From a virus: a stretch of DNA of 64,000 nt. Position numbers and translations under genes: made by a program. The stretch is taken from the IMG/VR virus record IMGVR_UViG_3300023178_000019, positions 1-64,000 of that record; one strand, given 5' to 3'. This document shows, one piece after another, positions 37,301-45,234 of this stretch; position 1 is the first letter of the stretch; every line of letters begins with the position of its first letter. Below the pieces are notes generated by a model. It searched no databases. It was not told the origin of the DNA and worked only from the letters and a program-made list of their open reading frames with translations.

Positions 37301-37658
37301 CTAGTTGTTTTAAGTCTATGTCGGCTCTTACAACCCATGCTCTGTTGCTTACACCTAAATATGAATAAGCTGCTTGTAATCCGTATTCACTTAATTCTGA
37401 ACCGTGAATTGGATTATTGCTTGCATCAATTTGGAAAACTGGGTCGCCAAATGTTTCAGCTAGGTCACGTTGCGATGTCATTAAATAAGGCTTACCGGCA
37501 TTTTCTGCTAGTGTACCTATCGCTGTTCCTGATCCTGAAGCATTTAGTTTGTTCTCTTGCGATGCAACAAAAATTACTGGTACAGTTCCTGGTTCAGCGG
37601 GAGTGTAAAAACTCTCGTCTACTACGCTAACCTGTACACCTGGTGATACTAATGCCAT
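34335..37658 (-). CDS. gp18: Tail sheath protein (gp18-like), enlarged
   Basis: MALVSPGVQVSVVDES, PWFAPAG..RG, RD.LY..GVNPI, GQKT, DRINVARL, FEPND, CDETNNTP, I.P.KSIEFI. Confidence 0.95.
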   Translation of the reverse strand: MALVSPGVQVSVVDESFYTPAEPGTVPVIFVASQENKLNASGSGTAIGTLAENAGKPYLMTSQRDLAETFGDPVFQIDASNNPIHGSELSEYGLQAAYSYLGVSNRAWVVRADIDLKQLVPQSSVPTAFPDAGTYWLDTGSSAFGIQEWNNASETITGGQSFTTQTPIVITSQSDVIDYENEDYTPLGSIGSVGDYAVVAVTTLNKVWYRASAGWVELGSTAWKDAVPTVVSSKTSTTFGDDSTDEGSDVFVLNGTVITVTTGETVTDIAATINGLSIPGIRAAVISGEIAFYNDGSSTTSLEFAAGSNASTAVLEFLNIDAGTYLIPAVQISKHTQIPDTFKVGTAYNGRPTGSVWLKTTTPNGGARWRVRQWNDDTKLWDSIEAPIYPTNESALVELDRTGGGSNLQIGDLYVQSNVAGDSDPLGTFKIFKRGTVGNTQVSSQPITLSNFTDGETYKMLITATSPGSAVFSSDVPGLIEVEAQSTAADTAIAIAAAITSANIPYVSASVDENNAVVIKHSQGGEMKFVDVASSFAPMLTALGISTSTRFVSDEPGIDNSLGNPVQYRVSNWEVLSYTASENEPTNTAETGTLWYNSIVDEVDIMINDGNKWVGYRHPDSPVYSLSNSTDANGPIVSASQPTTQSDGSSALVEGDLWIDTSDLENYPVIYKYRKSTDRWILVDNGDQTTENGIVFADARYGSSGATGNTAADITDLLAVNYVDPDCPDPALYPSGTLLFNTRRSGFNVKRFEKNYVDTTDVNLRFGDESMVNYAADRWVTESANNVDGSGSFGRNAQRKVVVQKLQAVVNSNDEIRNEDARRFNLISCPGYPELIGELVTLNADRGLTAFVVGDSPARLTPDATSLNEWATNVRAAVEDNDDGLVTNDEYLGVFYPWGFTSDNFGNNVVVPPSHMMLRTIALSDQVSYPWFAPAGTRRGGINNASSTGFINSEGEFVSTPLNEGQRDTLYAQGVNPITFITGAGLVNFGQKTRARGASSLDRINVARLVVYLRSQLNQLAKPYIFEPNDKITRDEIKGQVESLLLELVGQRALFDFLVVCDETNNTPARIDRNELYVDIAIEPVKSIEFIYIPLRLKNTGEISGEA

Positions 37659-37696
37659 TTTAATCTCCTGTTGGATAGTGTATTGTTTATTACATG

Positions 37697-37767
37697 TATT
37701 TACCAATTAAAAGAAAAAACTCTGTGCAAATACCCCCGAAAAAGGGACCGAAAAGGTGAGGTAAATA
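37697..37767. promoter_or_regulatory. Divergent late boxes for tail sheath (-, 37702-37697) and HNH-like gene (+, 37762-37767)
   Basis: TAAATA on each strand pointing into the adjacent gene. Confidence 0.65.
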
Positions 37768-37771
37768 CAGT

Positions 37772-38107
37772 ATGCGACCATTATGTAAATGCGGACAGCG
37801 TCCGGCAGCTATAAATTATAAAAAAGGAAACAAAATTTACTATCGTAAATTGTGTGAGACGTGCCTACGCAACGGATTAGGACACGGAATACCAAAATGG
37901 AAGCAAGCAGGATATATTAAAAAAGATACTTGTGAAAAATGTGGTTATACAAGCAAGCATCAAGAACAGTTTAACGTGTTTCATATTGACGGCAACTTAG
38001 AAAATTGCCGTCCTAGCAATTTAAAAACAGTGTGTGCTAACTGTCAACGTATTCTGCAAAAAACTGGGGTGCAGTGGAAACAGGGAGACTTAATCCCTGA
38101 TTTTTAA
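37772..38107 (+). CDS. Zn-binding HNH-like protein
   Basis: CxC/CxxC pairs; FHIDGN..N....NL..VCANC. Confidence 0.75.
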   Translation: MRPLCKCGQRPAAINYKKGNKIYYRKLCETCLRNGLGHGIPKWKQAGYIKKDTCEKCGYTSKHQEQFNVFHIDGNLENCRPSNLKTVCANCQRILQKTGVQWKQGDLIPDF

Positions 38108-38597
38108 AAATAGTACGCATTAGCATTGCTACATTCTTTTCTAGACGCTTTAGATCGCCGTTGTTGTCAATTGTGTAATCACACATCCATTGTTCAATTG
38201 TCATTGAATTGTTATCTTCATGCGGCAAGTGGTCTGAACGATCTACCCAAATAGCATAATCAAAAATTTCTTCGTTTTGCATTGCAAAAAATTCACGTTT
38301 GTTGCGAAGTCCGCAGTATATGTCATGTTCTGCAAATAAATTACGTCCTAGTCTAGCAAGATCATCTTTACAATAATCATGTATCATGTCATACCATAGT
38401 TTACGATGATTGTGCCTATCTGCATAACATTCTTCTTCGTCAGTATAACTGTACTTGTCTTTTAATTCATCAAAAATAAACAATTCACTACAAAATTTAG
38501 AACTAGACTGAAATGAATATCCGTAAAGTTCTAGCATTTCGCAAACAGTGTCTTTGCCGTGTCTGCCGTGTCCTACAACAAGTAGTTTAGGTAACAT
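38037..38597 (-). CDS. Deoxynucleoside monophosphate kinase-like P-loop protein
   Basis: VVGHGRHGKDTV P-loop, R...E, DYTIDNNGDL. Confidence 0.75.
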   Translation of the reverse strand: MLPKLLVVGHGRHGKDTVCEMLELYGYSFQSSSKFCSELFIFDELKDKYSYTDEEECYADRHNHRKLWYDMIHDYCKDDLARLGRNLFAEHDIYCGLRNKREFFAMQNEEIFDYAIWVDRSDHLPHEDNNSMTIEQWMCDYTIDNNGDLKRLEKNVAMLMRTIFKNQGLSLPVSTAPQFFAEYVDS

Positions 38598-38624
38598 TAA
38601 TTAATCTCCACATAGTATAATTTT

Positions 38625-38653
38625 ATTATATGTTATTAATGATATTTTGTCAA
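38625..38653 (-). promoter_or_regulatory. Perfect-consensus sigma70 promoter (TTGACA-N17-TATAAT) for the kinase
   Basis: -35 38653-38648, -10 38630-38625; GGAG SD downstream. Confidence 0.85.
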
Positions 38654-38659
38654 CCTATA

Positions 38660-38872
38660 TTACCACTTAGCAACACTTTTCAACCGTTTTTGTGAACGAA
38701 TAGCATCCATAATACGAAGTATTTGTTTCTTTTTATTGCCAGGGCGATCATAATGATTTTTTGATGCCCAAGTTTGATCTGCTTCTAGTTGTTCAGCAAA
38801 CTTTTCACCTAACAACTTTTCTAAGTACGATAAGTCCTCATTACTTAGGTCTTGTATCTTCCGTGAAACCAT
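38660..38872 (-). CDS. Small hypothetical protein
   Basis: Likely start MVSRKIQDL at 38872 with GGAG upstream. Confidence 0.55.
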   Translation of the reverse strand: MVSRKIQDLSNEDLSYLEKLLGEKFAEQLEADQTWASKNHYDRPGNKKKQILRIMDAIRSQKRLKSVAKW

Positions 38873-39062
38873 TCTGTCTATCTCTCCATGCTTGTTCGAA
38901 CTGTTCTGCATAGTCGTACAAAGGTGCACCATTGCAACCGTCATACCATAGACGTTTGAAATAACCTTCTGCACTTGCTACTACTGTTTCTGGGGTGGCG
39001 TCAAGGTGGCCCTTGACCATGTAAAATAATCTGTACTCTTCTTTAAGATCATTTCTTAACAT
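38841..39062 (-). CDS. Small hypothetical protein
   Basis: 73 aa; TAAATA-N4-ATG. Confidence 0.6.
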   Translation of the reverse strand: MLRNDLKEEYRLFYMVKGHLDATPETVVASAEGYFKRLWYDGCNGAPLYDYAEQFEQAWRDRQNGFTEDTRPK

Positions 39063-39110
39063 ACAGTATTTACATTACTGTTACATTTAGTGCGCTAACA
39101 TTGGGGTATT

Positions 39111-39860
39111 TTAGCCGATTGTAAATCCGTAACCTACGCCACCAGCAACTTGCTGAATTACATCTTGCTCTAGTTTTTCCATTTCTTGCATTGCTTCATT
39201 TTTAAGATCATTACCATTAAGGGTTGACCCACCTTGTGGTCCTGCAATAGTAGCAAACTTTGAACGTGCTTCGCCTAACATATATTTACAGTTTGCCAAA
39301 GTATAATCTTTAATCCACTGCTTTGCTAGATAATCATCAAGTAGTTGCTCGTCTGGACGATAATTGTACGCCATGAGCATTAGTGTTTCGTCTGTTCTCG
39401 GACGCTGTAATAATGTAAGTTTATGTGTTGTAGGATTCCATTTGAATTCGATGAACGATCCAAACATACGTCCTACAAGTTCTTGGTATTGGCTAAACAA
39501 ATCATATGTTGCTAGTCCTCCCATATTAGATGAACTTAACAGATATGTGTTAGTGTACGCAAGGTTAAATGGTTCAAACAAAGTGCCGCCGTCTCCGCCG
39601 CCTGTTCTTGATCCAATTGATCTACGAAAGATTCTTCGAACTTCAATAACTTCGTTTGGAAGTGTGTATTCATTTGTATCTTCCATAGTTTCCATAAACA
39701 AATACGATTCTTCTACACTGTTATCTGAACGCTGTCTAAATTTAGTTAATGATTTAACTAAAGCAGTTTCATAATGGATAGGATCTAGTTCGACATCGAC
39801 CATGCCGCCGCCTAGCATTGCGTGGACGTAGTCAAATATTTCTTGTTTTTGTGTAGCCAT
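39111..39860 (-). CDS. gp13: Neck protein (T4 gp13-like)
   Basis: LGG..VDVEL, WIKDY.LA..K..LG..RSKF...GP.GG.TLNG. Confidence 0.85.
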   Translation of the reverse strand: MATQKQEIFDYVHAMLGGGMVDVELDPIHYETALVKSLTKFRQRSDNSVEESYLFMETMEDTNEYTLPNEVIEVRRIFRRSIGSRTGGGDGGTLFEPFNLAYTNTYLLSSSNMGGLATYDLFSQYQELVGRMFGSFIEFKWNPTTHKLTLLQRPRTDETLMLMAYNYRPDEQLLDDYLAKQWIKDYTLANCKYMLGEARSKFATIAGPQGGSTLNGNDLKNEAMQEMEKLEQDVIQQVAGGVGYGFTIG

Positions 39861-39881
39861 ATATAAAGTTCTCCGATATAG

Positions 39882-39901
39882 TATTTATCTTTCGATAAAT
39901 A
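39882..39901. promoter_or_regulatory. Palindromic bidirectional late promoter TATTTATC-TTTC-GATAAATA
   Basis: Between divergent gp13 and gp14-like genes. Confidence 0.7.
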
Positions 39902-39906
39902 TGTGT

Positions 39907-41010
39907 ATGCCAAGACTTAGCTTATATAAACCCGAACGTGGTAACGATTTTAACTTCCTAGATAAACAAATTCTAGAGATGTTTACTGTTGGTGGTACAG
40001 ACATACATGTATACAAATATATCGGTACTGATGACGGAACAACCGTTAAAGATCATACTCAAATACAAGATTTAATGTTTCTTGAAAATCGAGATAGAAA
40101 ATACGATCAAGATATTTACAGACTTAGAGGCATATACAATGTACAAGATCAAGATTTTGATTTAAGTCAGTTTGGTTTGTTTTTAAGCAACGACACATTG
40201 TTTATGACAGTTCATATACGCAGCAGTGTTGAAACTATTGGTAGAAAAATTATGCCTGGTGATGTATTTGAGTTGCCGCATTTAATAGATGAATATGCAG
40301 AAAATGATGCCAGTGTTGCTCTTAAAAGATTCTACGTTGTAGAAGATATTAATCGTGCTGCTGAAGGATTTTCACAAACATGGTATCCGCACTTATATCG
40401 TGTAAAACTAAAACAAATATACGACGGACAAGAATATAAAGATATTTTAGATTTACCAGCAAGTGAAGATGCGCCCGATGGAGATACTTTAAGAGATATA
40501 TTATCTACATACGAAAGAGAAATGAATATTACTACAGGAGTAATACAAGAAGCAACAGAAGAAACTCAAAAAAGCGGATATGATATCAGTCATTACTTTT
40601 CAGTATCCGTTGACGACAACGGTATAGTAGAATTAACTGAAACAAAAGACGCAGACGGTTTATCCGAGATGGCGCCGCCTGATAGAGCAGGATACAAAGG
40701 ATATATTATTGGTGATTCTATTTCACCTAATGGAGAAGCATTTGGCTTTGGAGTTCAGTTTCCGGCAGAGCCAGAAACTAATGATTATTTTTTAAGAACA
40801 GATTTTTTACCTAATAGATTGTTTCAATTTAGAAATAATAAATGGAACAAAATTTACGATGTTAAACGTGCATTTGTTTACGGTGCAGATGAAACTAATA
40901 CCCAGCGTGGCACATTTATTAATAATACCAATACTAATAATATAGGTGGCGAAGTAACCGAAGAAAGACAAAGTATTTCTCAAGCACTAAAACCTAAGGC
41001 GGATAACTAA
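39907..41010 (+). CDS. gp14: Neck/head-closure protein (gp14-like) with C-terminal extension
   Basis: LSQFGLFL..D, GRK.MPGD..ELPH; between gp13 and gp15. Confidence 0.65.
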   Translation: MPRLSLYKPERGNDFNFLDKQILEMFTVGGTDIHVYKYIGTDDGTTVKDHTQIQDLMFLENRDRKYDQDIYRLRGIYNVQDQDFDLSQFGLFLSNDTLFMTVHIRSSVETIGRKIMPGDVFELPHLIDEYAENDASVALKRFYVVEDINRAAEGFSQTWYPHLYRVKLKQIYDGQEYKDILDLPASEDAPDGDTLRDILSTYEREMNITTGVIQEATEETQKSGYDISHYFSVSVDDNGIVELTETKDADGLSEMAPPDRAGYKGYIIGDSISPNGEAFGFGVQFPAEPETNDYFLRTDFLPNRLFQFRNNKWNKIYDVKRAFVYGADETNTQRGTFINNTNTNNIGGEVTEERQSISQALKPKADN

Positions 41011-42434
41011 TGCAACATTTTTATGATGGACAAATACGTAGATATCTTACACAAATAGTTAGATTGTTTGGACAATTTAGTTATAAAGACGGTAAGGGTA
41101 GACTAGTACAAGTTCCAGTTACATACGGCGACTTAACAAGACAAGTAGGAAGTATCCTTAGAGATAATTCTGAAAATAAAATTCCTAGCGCACCAAGAAT
41201 GGCTGTGTATATAACCGGACTAGAAATGGATACTTCACGTCTAGCAGATAGCAGTTATGTTAATAAGCTAAACATTAGAGAACGTGCATATGATGTAGAC
41301 GGCCAAGAATATTTAAATAAAGCAGGTAAAAATTATACAGTAGAACGTATAATGCCAACCCCTTATACTCTTACTGTAAACGTAGACATATGGACTACTA
41401 ATACGGATCAAAAATTACAAATACTTGAACAAATTTTTATGTTGTTTAATCCTAGTTTAGAAATACAAACAACAGACAATTATATCGATTGGACTAGTTT
41501 AAGTGTTTTAAATATAGATAACATAAACTTTAGTAGTAGAAGTATACCAACTGGTACTGAAAGTGAAATTGATGTTGCTTCGATTAGTTTAACAACACCT
41601 ATCTTTATTAGTCCTCCTGCAAAAGTTAAAAAATTAGGAGTTATTAGTAAAATAATTACAGCAGTATTTGCAGATCACGGATTAGAAGTTAATATAGACG
41701 AAACTGCTTACACACAAAGTTTAGTTGAACAAAAAATTAAAGAGAACGAAGAAACAGACAAAGTTAATAGTCAACCAGATGAAGCATTGACTAATGAAAG
41801 TGCATTAGTAGTAACTACATATCAAGATTATGGATTAGAAGTGTTTGATGGTGTTGCAAGATTATTAAAGAATGGTGTTAATCGAAACGATACATGGACT
41901 GCTTGGAACATTGCGCAACCATTTACATTTGAACCTGGAATTACACAATTACGATTACAACGTGCAAACGGTTTAGAAATAGTATTTACTATTGATAGTA
42001 TTGATACTACAGACGAAACACGACTTATACTAAATGCTCCTGATGCAGAAACATTACCAGCAGATTCTGTTATACCAGGTCCTGCTGGTGACAAAACATA
42101 TGTTGATTATATTATAGATCCACTAAGATTTGATCCAATGCAATCGCAATCAAATAATAGACTTTTATTATTAGGTAGTATAGGTGATCCTAATAATACT
42201 AATGGCGCTCTGGCATGGAAGAATTCAGATAACTCAGATTTTGTAGCAAGTGAAAATGATATTGTAGAATGGGACGGTTCACGCTGGCACATTGTTTTTG
42301 ATGCTAGTGAAGAAACTAACGAAGCATTTGTAACTAATCTAAACACACAAACACAATACAAATGGACAGGCGAGTATTGGATACTCTCTTATGAAGGAGA
42401 ATATCCAAATGGCTCTTGGAGGTTTACATACTAA
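41010..42434 (+). CDS. gp15: Tail sheath stabiliser/terminator (gp15-like) with C-terminal extension
   Basis: HFYD.QIRRY, VPV.YG, PRM, P.PY.L, QILEQI...FNP. Confidence 0.8.
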   Translation: MQHFYDGQIRRYLTQIVRLFGQFSYKDGKGRLVQVPVTYGDLTRQVGSILRDNSENKIPSAPRMAVYITGLEMDTSRLADSSYVNKLNIRERAYDVDGQEYLNKAGKNYTVERIMPTPYTLTVNVDIWTTNTDQKLQILEQIFMLFNPSLEIQTTDNYIDWTSLSVLNIDNINFSSRSIPTGTESEIDVASISLTTPIFISPPAKVKKLGVISKIITAVFADHGLEVNIDETAYTQSLVEQKIKENEETDKVNSQPDEALTNESALVVTTYQDYGLEVFDGVARLLKNGVNRNDTWTAWNIAQPFTFEPGITQLRLQRANGLEIVFTIDSIDTTDETRLILNAPDAETLPADSVIPGPAGDKTYVDYIIDPLRFDPMQSQSNNRLLLLGSIGDPNNTNGALAWKNSDNSDFVASENDIVEWDGSRWHIVFDASEETNEAFVTNLNTQTQYKWTGEYWILSYEGEYPNGSWRFTY

Positions 42435-42447
42435 GATAATTATTAGT

Positions 42448-42879
42448 ATGAAAGACATTATTTGTAGTGGTGCATTAATTTATTCTCTAAAGTCTAAAAT
42501 GTTTCTATTTCTGCATAGAGCAAACGGAAGCCGTAATAATGTTTGGGGCTTAGTTGGTGGAACTAACGAAGGTTTAGAAACACCCTGGGAAGGTTTGCGC
42601 AGAGAAATTGAAGAAGAAATAGGCTCTATAAATATAAAGAAAACTATTCCTTTAGAAACATTTGTATCTAACGATTCTAAGTTCCAGTTCCATACATATC
42701 TTTGCGTTATCGAAGATATTTTTATTCCTAAACTTAATAACGAGCATGACGGATTTGCTTGGGTAGAATTTAGTAAATGGCCGAAACCTTTACACTCAGG
42801 TTTGCAAAGCACTCTCAATAGAAAAAGTAATATTACTAAATTAAAAACAGTAATCGAAGTAATAGATTTACTTGACTAA
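42448..42879 (+). CDS. NUDIX hydrolase
   Basis: Complete Nudix box G-TNEGL-E-TPWEGLR-REIEEEIG. Confidence 0.9.
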   Translation: MKDIICSGALIYSLKSKMFLFLHRANGSRNNVWGLVGGTNEGLETPWEGLRREIEEEIGSINIKKTIPLETFVSNDSKFQFHTYLCVIEDIFIPKLNNEHDGFAWVEFSKWPKPLHSGLQSTLNRKSNITKLKTVIEVIDLLD

Positions 42880-42900
42880 TAATCATAAAGGTAGTATAAT
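42872..42900 (+). promoter_or_regulatory. Sigma70 promoter (TTGACT-N17-TATAAT), 5 nt before hldE ATG
   Basis: -35 42872-42877; -10 42895-42900. Confidence 0.8.
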
Positions 42901-42905
42901 AAATT

Positions 42906-44048
42906 ATGTCTAAAGTATTAGTTATTGGTGATTTAATAAATGATAGGTATATTTTTGGTTCTTCGACTAGGTTAAGTCCTGAAGCACCTGTACCTATTGT
43001 AAGTCAGGATCGTATAGAAGAATTTCTTGGTGGCGCAGGACTTGTTTATAACAACTTAAAAAGTTTAGGCGTCGATGCAACTTTATTAGAATACGACGAT
43101 CCAAAAAGTGAAAAAACTCGTGTAATCTGTGATGGCCATTATGTTACAAGAATAGACGACGATCGTTATGCTAACGGATTAGATATTTACAATGATATTA
43201 AAAAATTAGATTTATCTAATTTTGAATATGTTATTCTTAGCGATTACAATAAAGGTGTATTAGAATATTCAAAAGATATTATTGCACATCTTAATAGTTT
43301 TGATTGTAAAGTTATTGTAGATCCTAAACGCCACGTTAGTTGTTATGACGGGGCTTGGTTAGTAAAACCTAATTACAAAGAATACAAAGAATTAGGGTTT
43401 GAAAAATGGGACGGTAATATAATTGTCACTAATTCTAGTAAAACTACTACTGCTGAATTTGATTTAAAACGTTATGTTTCGCAACCTGAACCTTTAGAAG
43501 TTAATGATGTAACCGGAGCCGGAGATTGTTTTCTTGCTGCATTTGTTTATGCGCTAACTAAAGGGTATGATTATCAAAAAGCATTAGATTTAGCAAATAG
43601 AGGATCAACTGAAAGTGTAAAACACGTAGGTACATATATTCTTACTGAAAAAGACTTGAATAAACGTATTGTTTTTACTAACGGATGTTTTGATGTATTG
43701 CACAAAGGTCATCTTACATTACTAAAAGAAGCTCGCAGTTTAGGTGATAAACTTGTAGTAGGACTGAATAGTGACGGTAGTGTAAAACGCTTAAAGGGAG
43801 ACAACAGACCGTTTAACGATCTTGAAACAAGACGAGAACAATTAGAACTTATTCCGTATGTAGACGAAGTTATTGTATTTCATGAAGATACGCCATATGA
43901 GCTTATTAAAGAACTAAAGCCAGACTTAATTGTTAAAGGTGGAGACTATACTGTAGAAGAAATTGTAGGACATGATTTAGCACCTGTGCATATTGTACCT
44001 ACAGTACAAGGTTACAGTACAACAAAAATTTTAGAGGCGTCTGTATGA
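42906..44048 (+). CDS. hldE: Bifunctional heptose-7-phosphate kinase / heptose-1-phosphate adenylyltransferase
   Basis: RLSPEAPVP, SDYNKG, DVTGAGD; FTNGCFDVLHKGH, GLNSD.SVKRLKG..RP, KGGDY, STT. Confidence 0.95.
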   Translation: MSKVLVIGDLINDRYIFGSSTRLSPEAPVPIVSQDRIEEFLGGAGLVYNNLKSLGVDATLLEYDDPKSEKTRVICDGHYVTRIDDDRYANGLDIYNDIKKLDLSNFEYVILSDYNKGVLEYSKDIIAHLNSFDCKVIVDPKRHVSCYDGAWLVKPNYKEYKELGFEKWDGNIIVTNSSKTTTAEFDLKRYVSQPEPLEVNDVTGAGDCFLAAFVYALTKGYDYQKALDLANRGSTESVKHVGTYILTEKDLNKRIVFTNGCFDVLHKGHLTLLKEARSLGDKLVVGLNSDGSVKRLKGDNRPFNDLETRREQLELIPYVDEVIVFHEDTPYELIKELKPDLIVKGGDYTVEEIVGHDLAPVHIVPTVQGYSTTKILEASV

Positions 44049-44863
44049 AAATTTTAATTACTGGACACAAAGGATTTATTGGACAAAATCTAACTCTTAG
44101 ATTACAAGACGAACACGAGCTATCAGGATATGAATGGCAAGCTGATTATTTGCCTGAAGTTGAAGGCTATGATTGGGTTATTCATTTAGGTGCTATTTCA
44201 AGCACAGCTGAACGTAATGTTGATAAGATCATGTTACAAAATTATGAATTTTCAAAATGGTTGTTTAATCAATGTAATCTAAAAGGTGTAAATTTTCAAT
44301 ATGCATCTAGTGCAAGTGTATATGGACCATACGAAAAGTTTAAAGAAGAAGATCCAAAACAACCACAAAGTCCGTATGCTTGGAGCAAGTATCTTTTTGA
44401 TAGATGGGTTACTGGACTCTCAAAAAGAAACATTATAGTTCAAGGATTTAGATATTTTAATGTATACGGTCCTTTAGAAGACCACAAAGGACATCAAGCA
44501 AGTCCTATAACTAAATTTACTAATCAAGCAAAAGAAACTGGTACTATTTCTTTATTTGAAAACAGCGACAAATACAAAAGAGATTTTATTTTTGTAGGCG
44601 ATGTATGTGAAGCACATAAAAAATTATTATCTAGTGATGTTTCCGACATTTATAATATAGGAACAGGAACTACTACAAGTTTTCAACAAATAGCAGACAT
44701 TATTGCTAAAAAATATGATGCAAAAATTAAATATGTACCGATGCCGGATCATTTAGCAAATCAATATCAAGAGTACACATGTGCAGACAATTCAAAATTA
44801 AGTAATATTGTAAAAATTAATTTTACAACAGTAGAGGAATATATAAATGGATCAGCCAACTAG
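44045..44863 (+). CDS. hldD: ADP-L-glycero-D-manno-heptose 6-epimerase
   Basis: TGHKGFIG, HLGAISST, YASSASVYG, YAWSK..FD, RYFNVYGP.E.HKG.QAS, YQEYTCAD. Confidence 0.93.
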   Translation: MKILITGHKGFIGQNLTLRLQDEHELSGYEWQADYLPEVEGYDWVIHLGAISSTAERNVDKIMLQNYEFSKWLFNQCNLKGVNFQYASSASVYGPYEKFKEEDPKQPQSPYAWSKYLFDRWVTGLSKRNIIVQGFRYFNVYGPLEDHKGHQASPITKFTNQAKETGTISLFENSDKYKRDFIFVGDVCEAHKKLLSSDVSDIYNIGTGTTTSFQQIADIIAKKYDAKIKYVPMPDHLANQYQEYTCADNSKLSNIVKINFTTVEEYINGSAN

Positions 44864-45233
44864 AAAGTCAGGTGTAGATCAAAAAGGTTGGGGCTACGAA
44901 ATGATTTGGGCCACAAATGATTTATACTGCGGAAAAATTATGGTGTTTACTAGAGCTGGAGCAAAAACTAGTATGCACTTTCATAAAGAAAAAGACGAAA
45001 CTTGGTTTGTAAACAACGGCAAATTTAAGGTTGCATACATTGATACAAAAAATTCAAAACTACATGAAAAAGAACTTAATGAAGGCGAAGTTTGGAGGAA
45101 TCCTCCATTACAGCCACATCAATTAATTTGTCTTTCGAAAGAAGGAAGTGTTACAGAAGTTAGCACTCCAGATAGTGTTGAAGACAACTATAGAATTATT
45201 CCCGGCGACAGTCAAGTATTAAGCGAAGAATAA
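44847..45233 (+). CDS. Cupin-fold protein (sugar isomerase-like)
   Basis: KGWGYE, SMHFHKEKDETW, P.QPH, EVST.D...DNYR. Confidence 0.75.
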   Translation: MDQPTRKSGVDQKGWGYEMIWATNDLYCGKIMVFTRAGAKTSMHFHKEKDETWFVNNGKFKVAYIDTKNSKLHEKELNEGEVWRNPPLQPHQLICLSKEGSVTEVSTPDSVEDNYRIIPGDSQVLSEE

Positions 45234-45234
45234 A

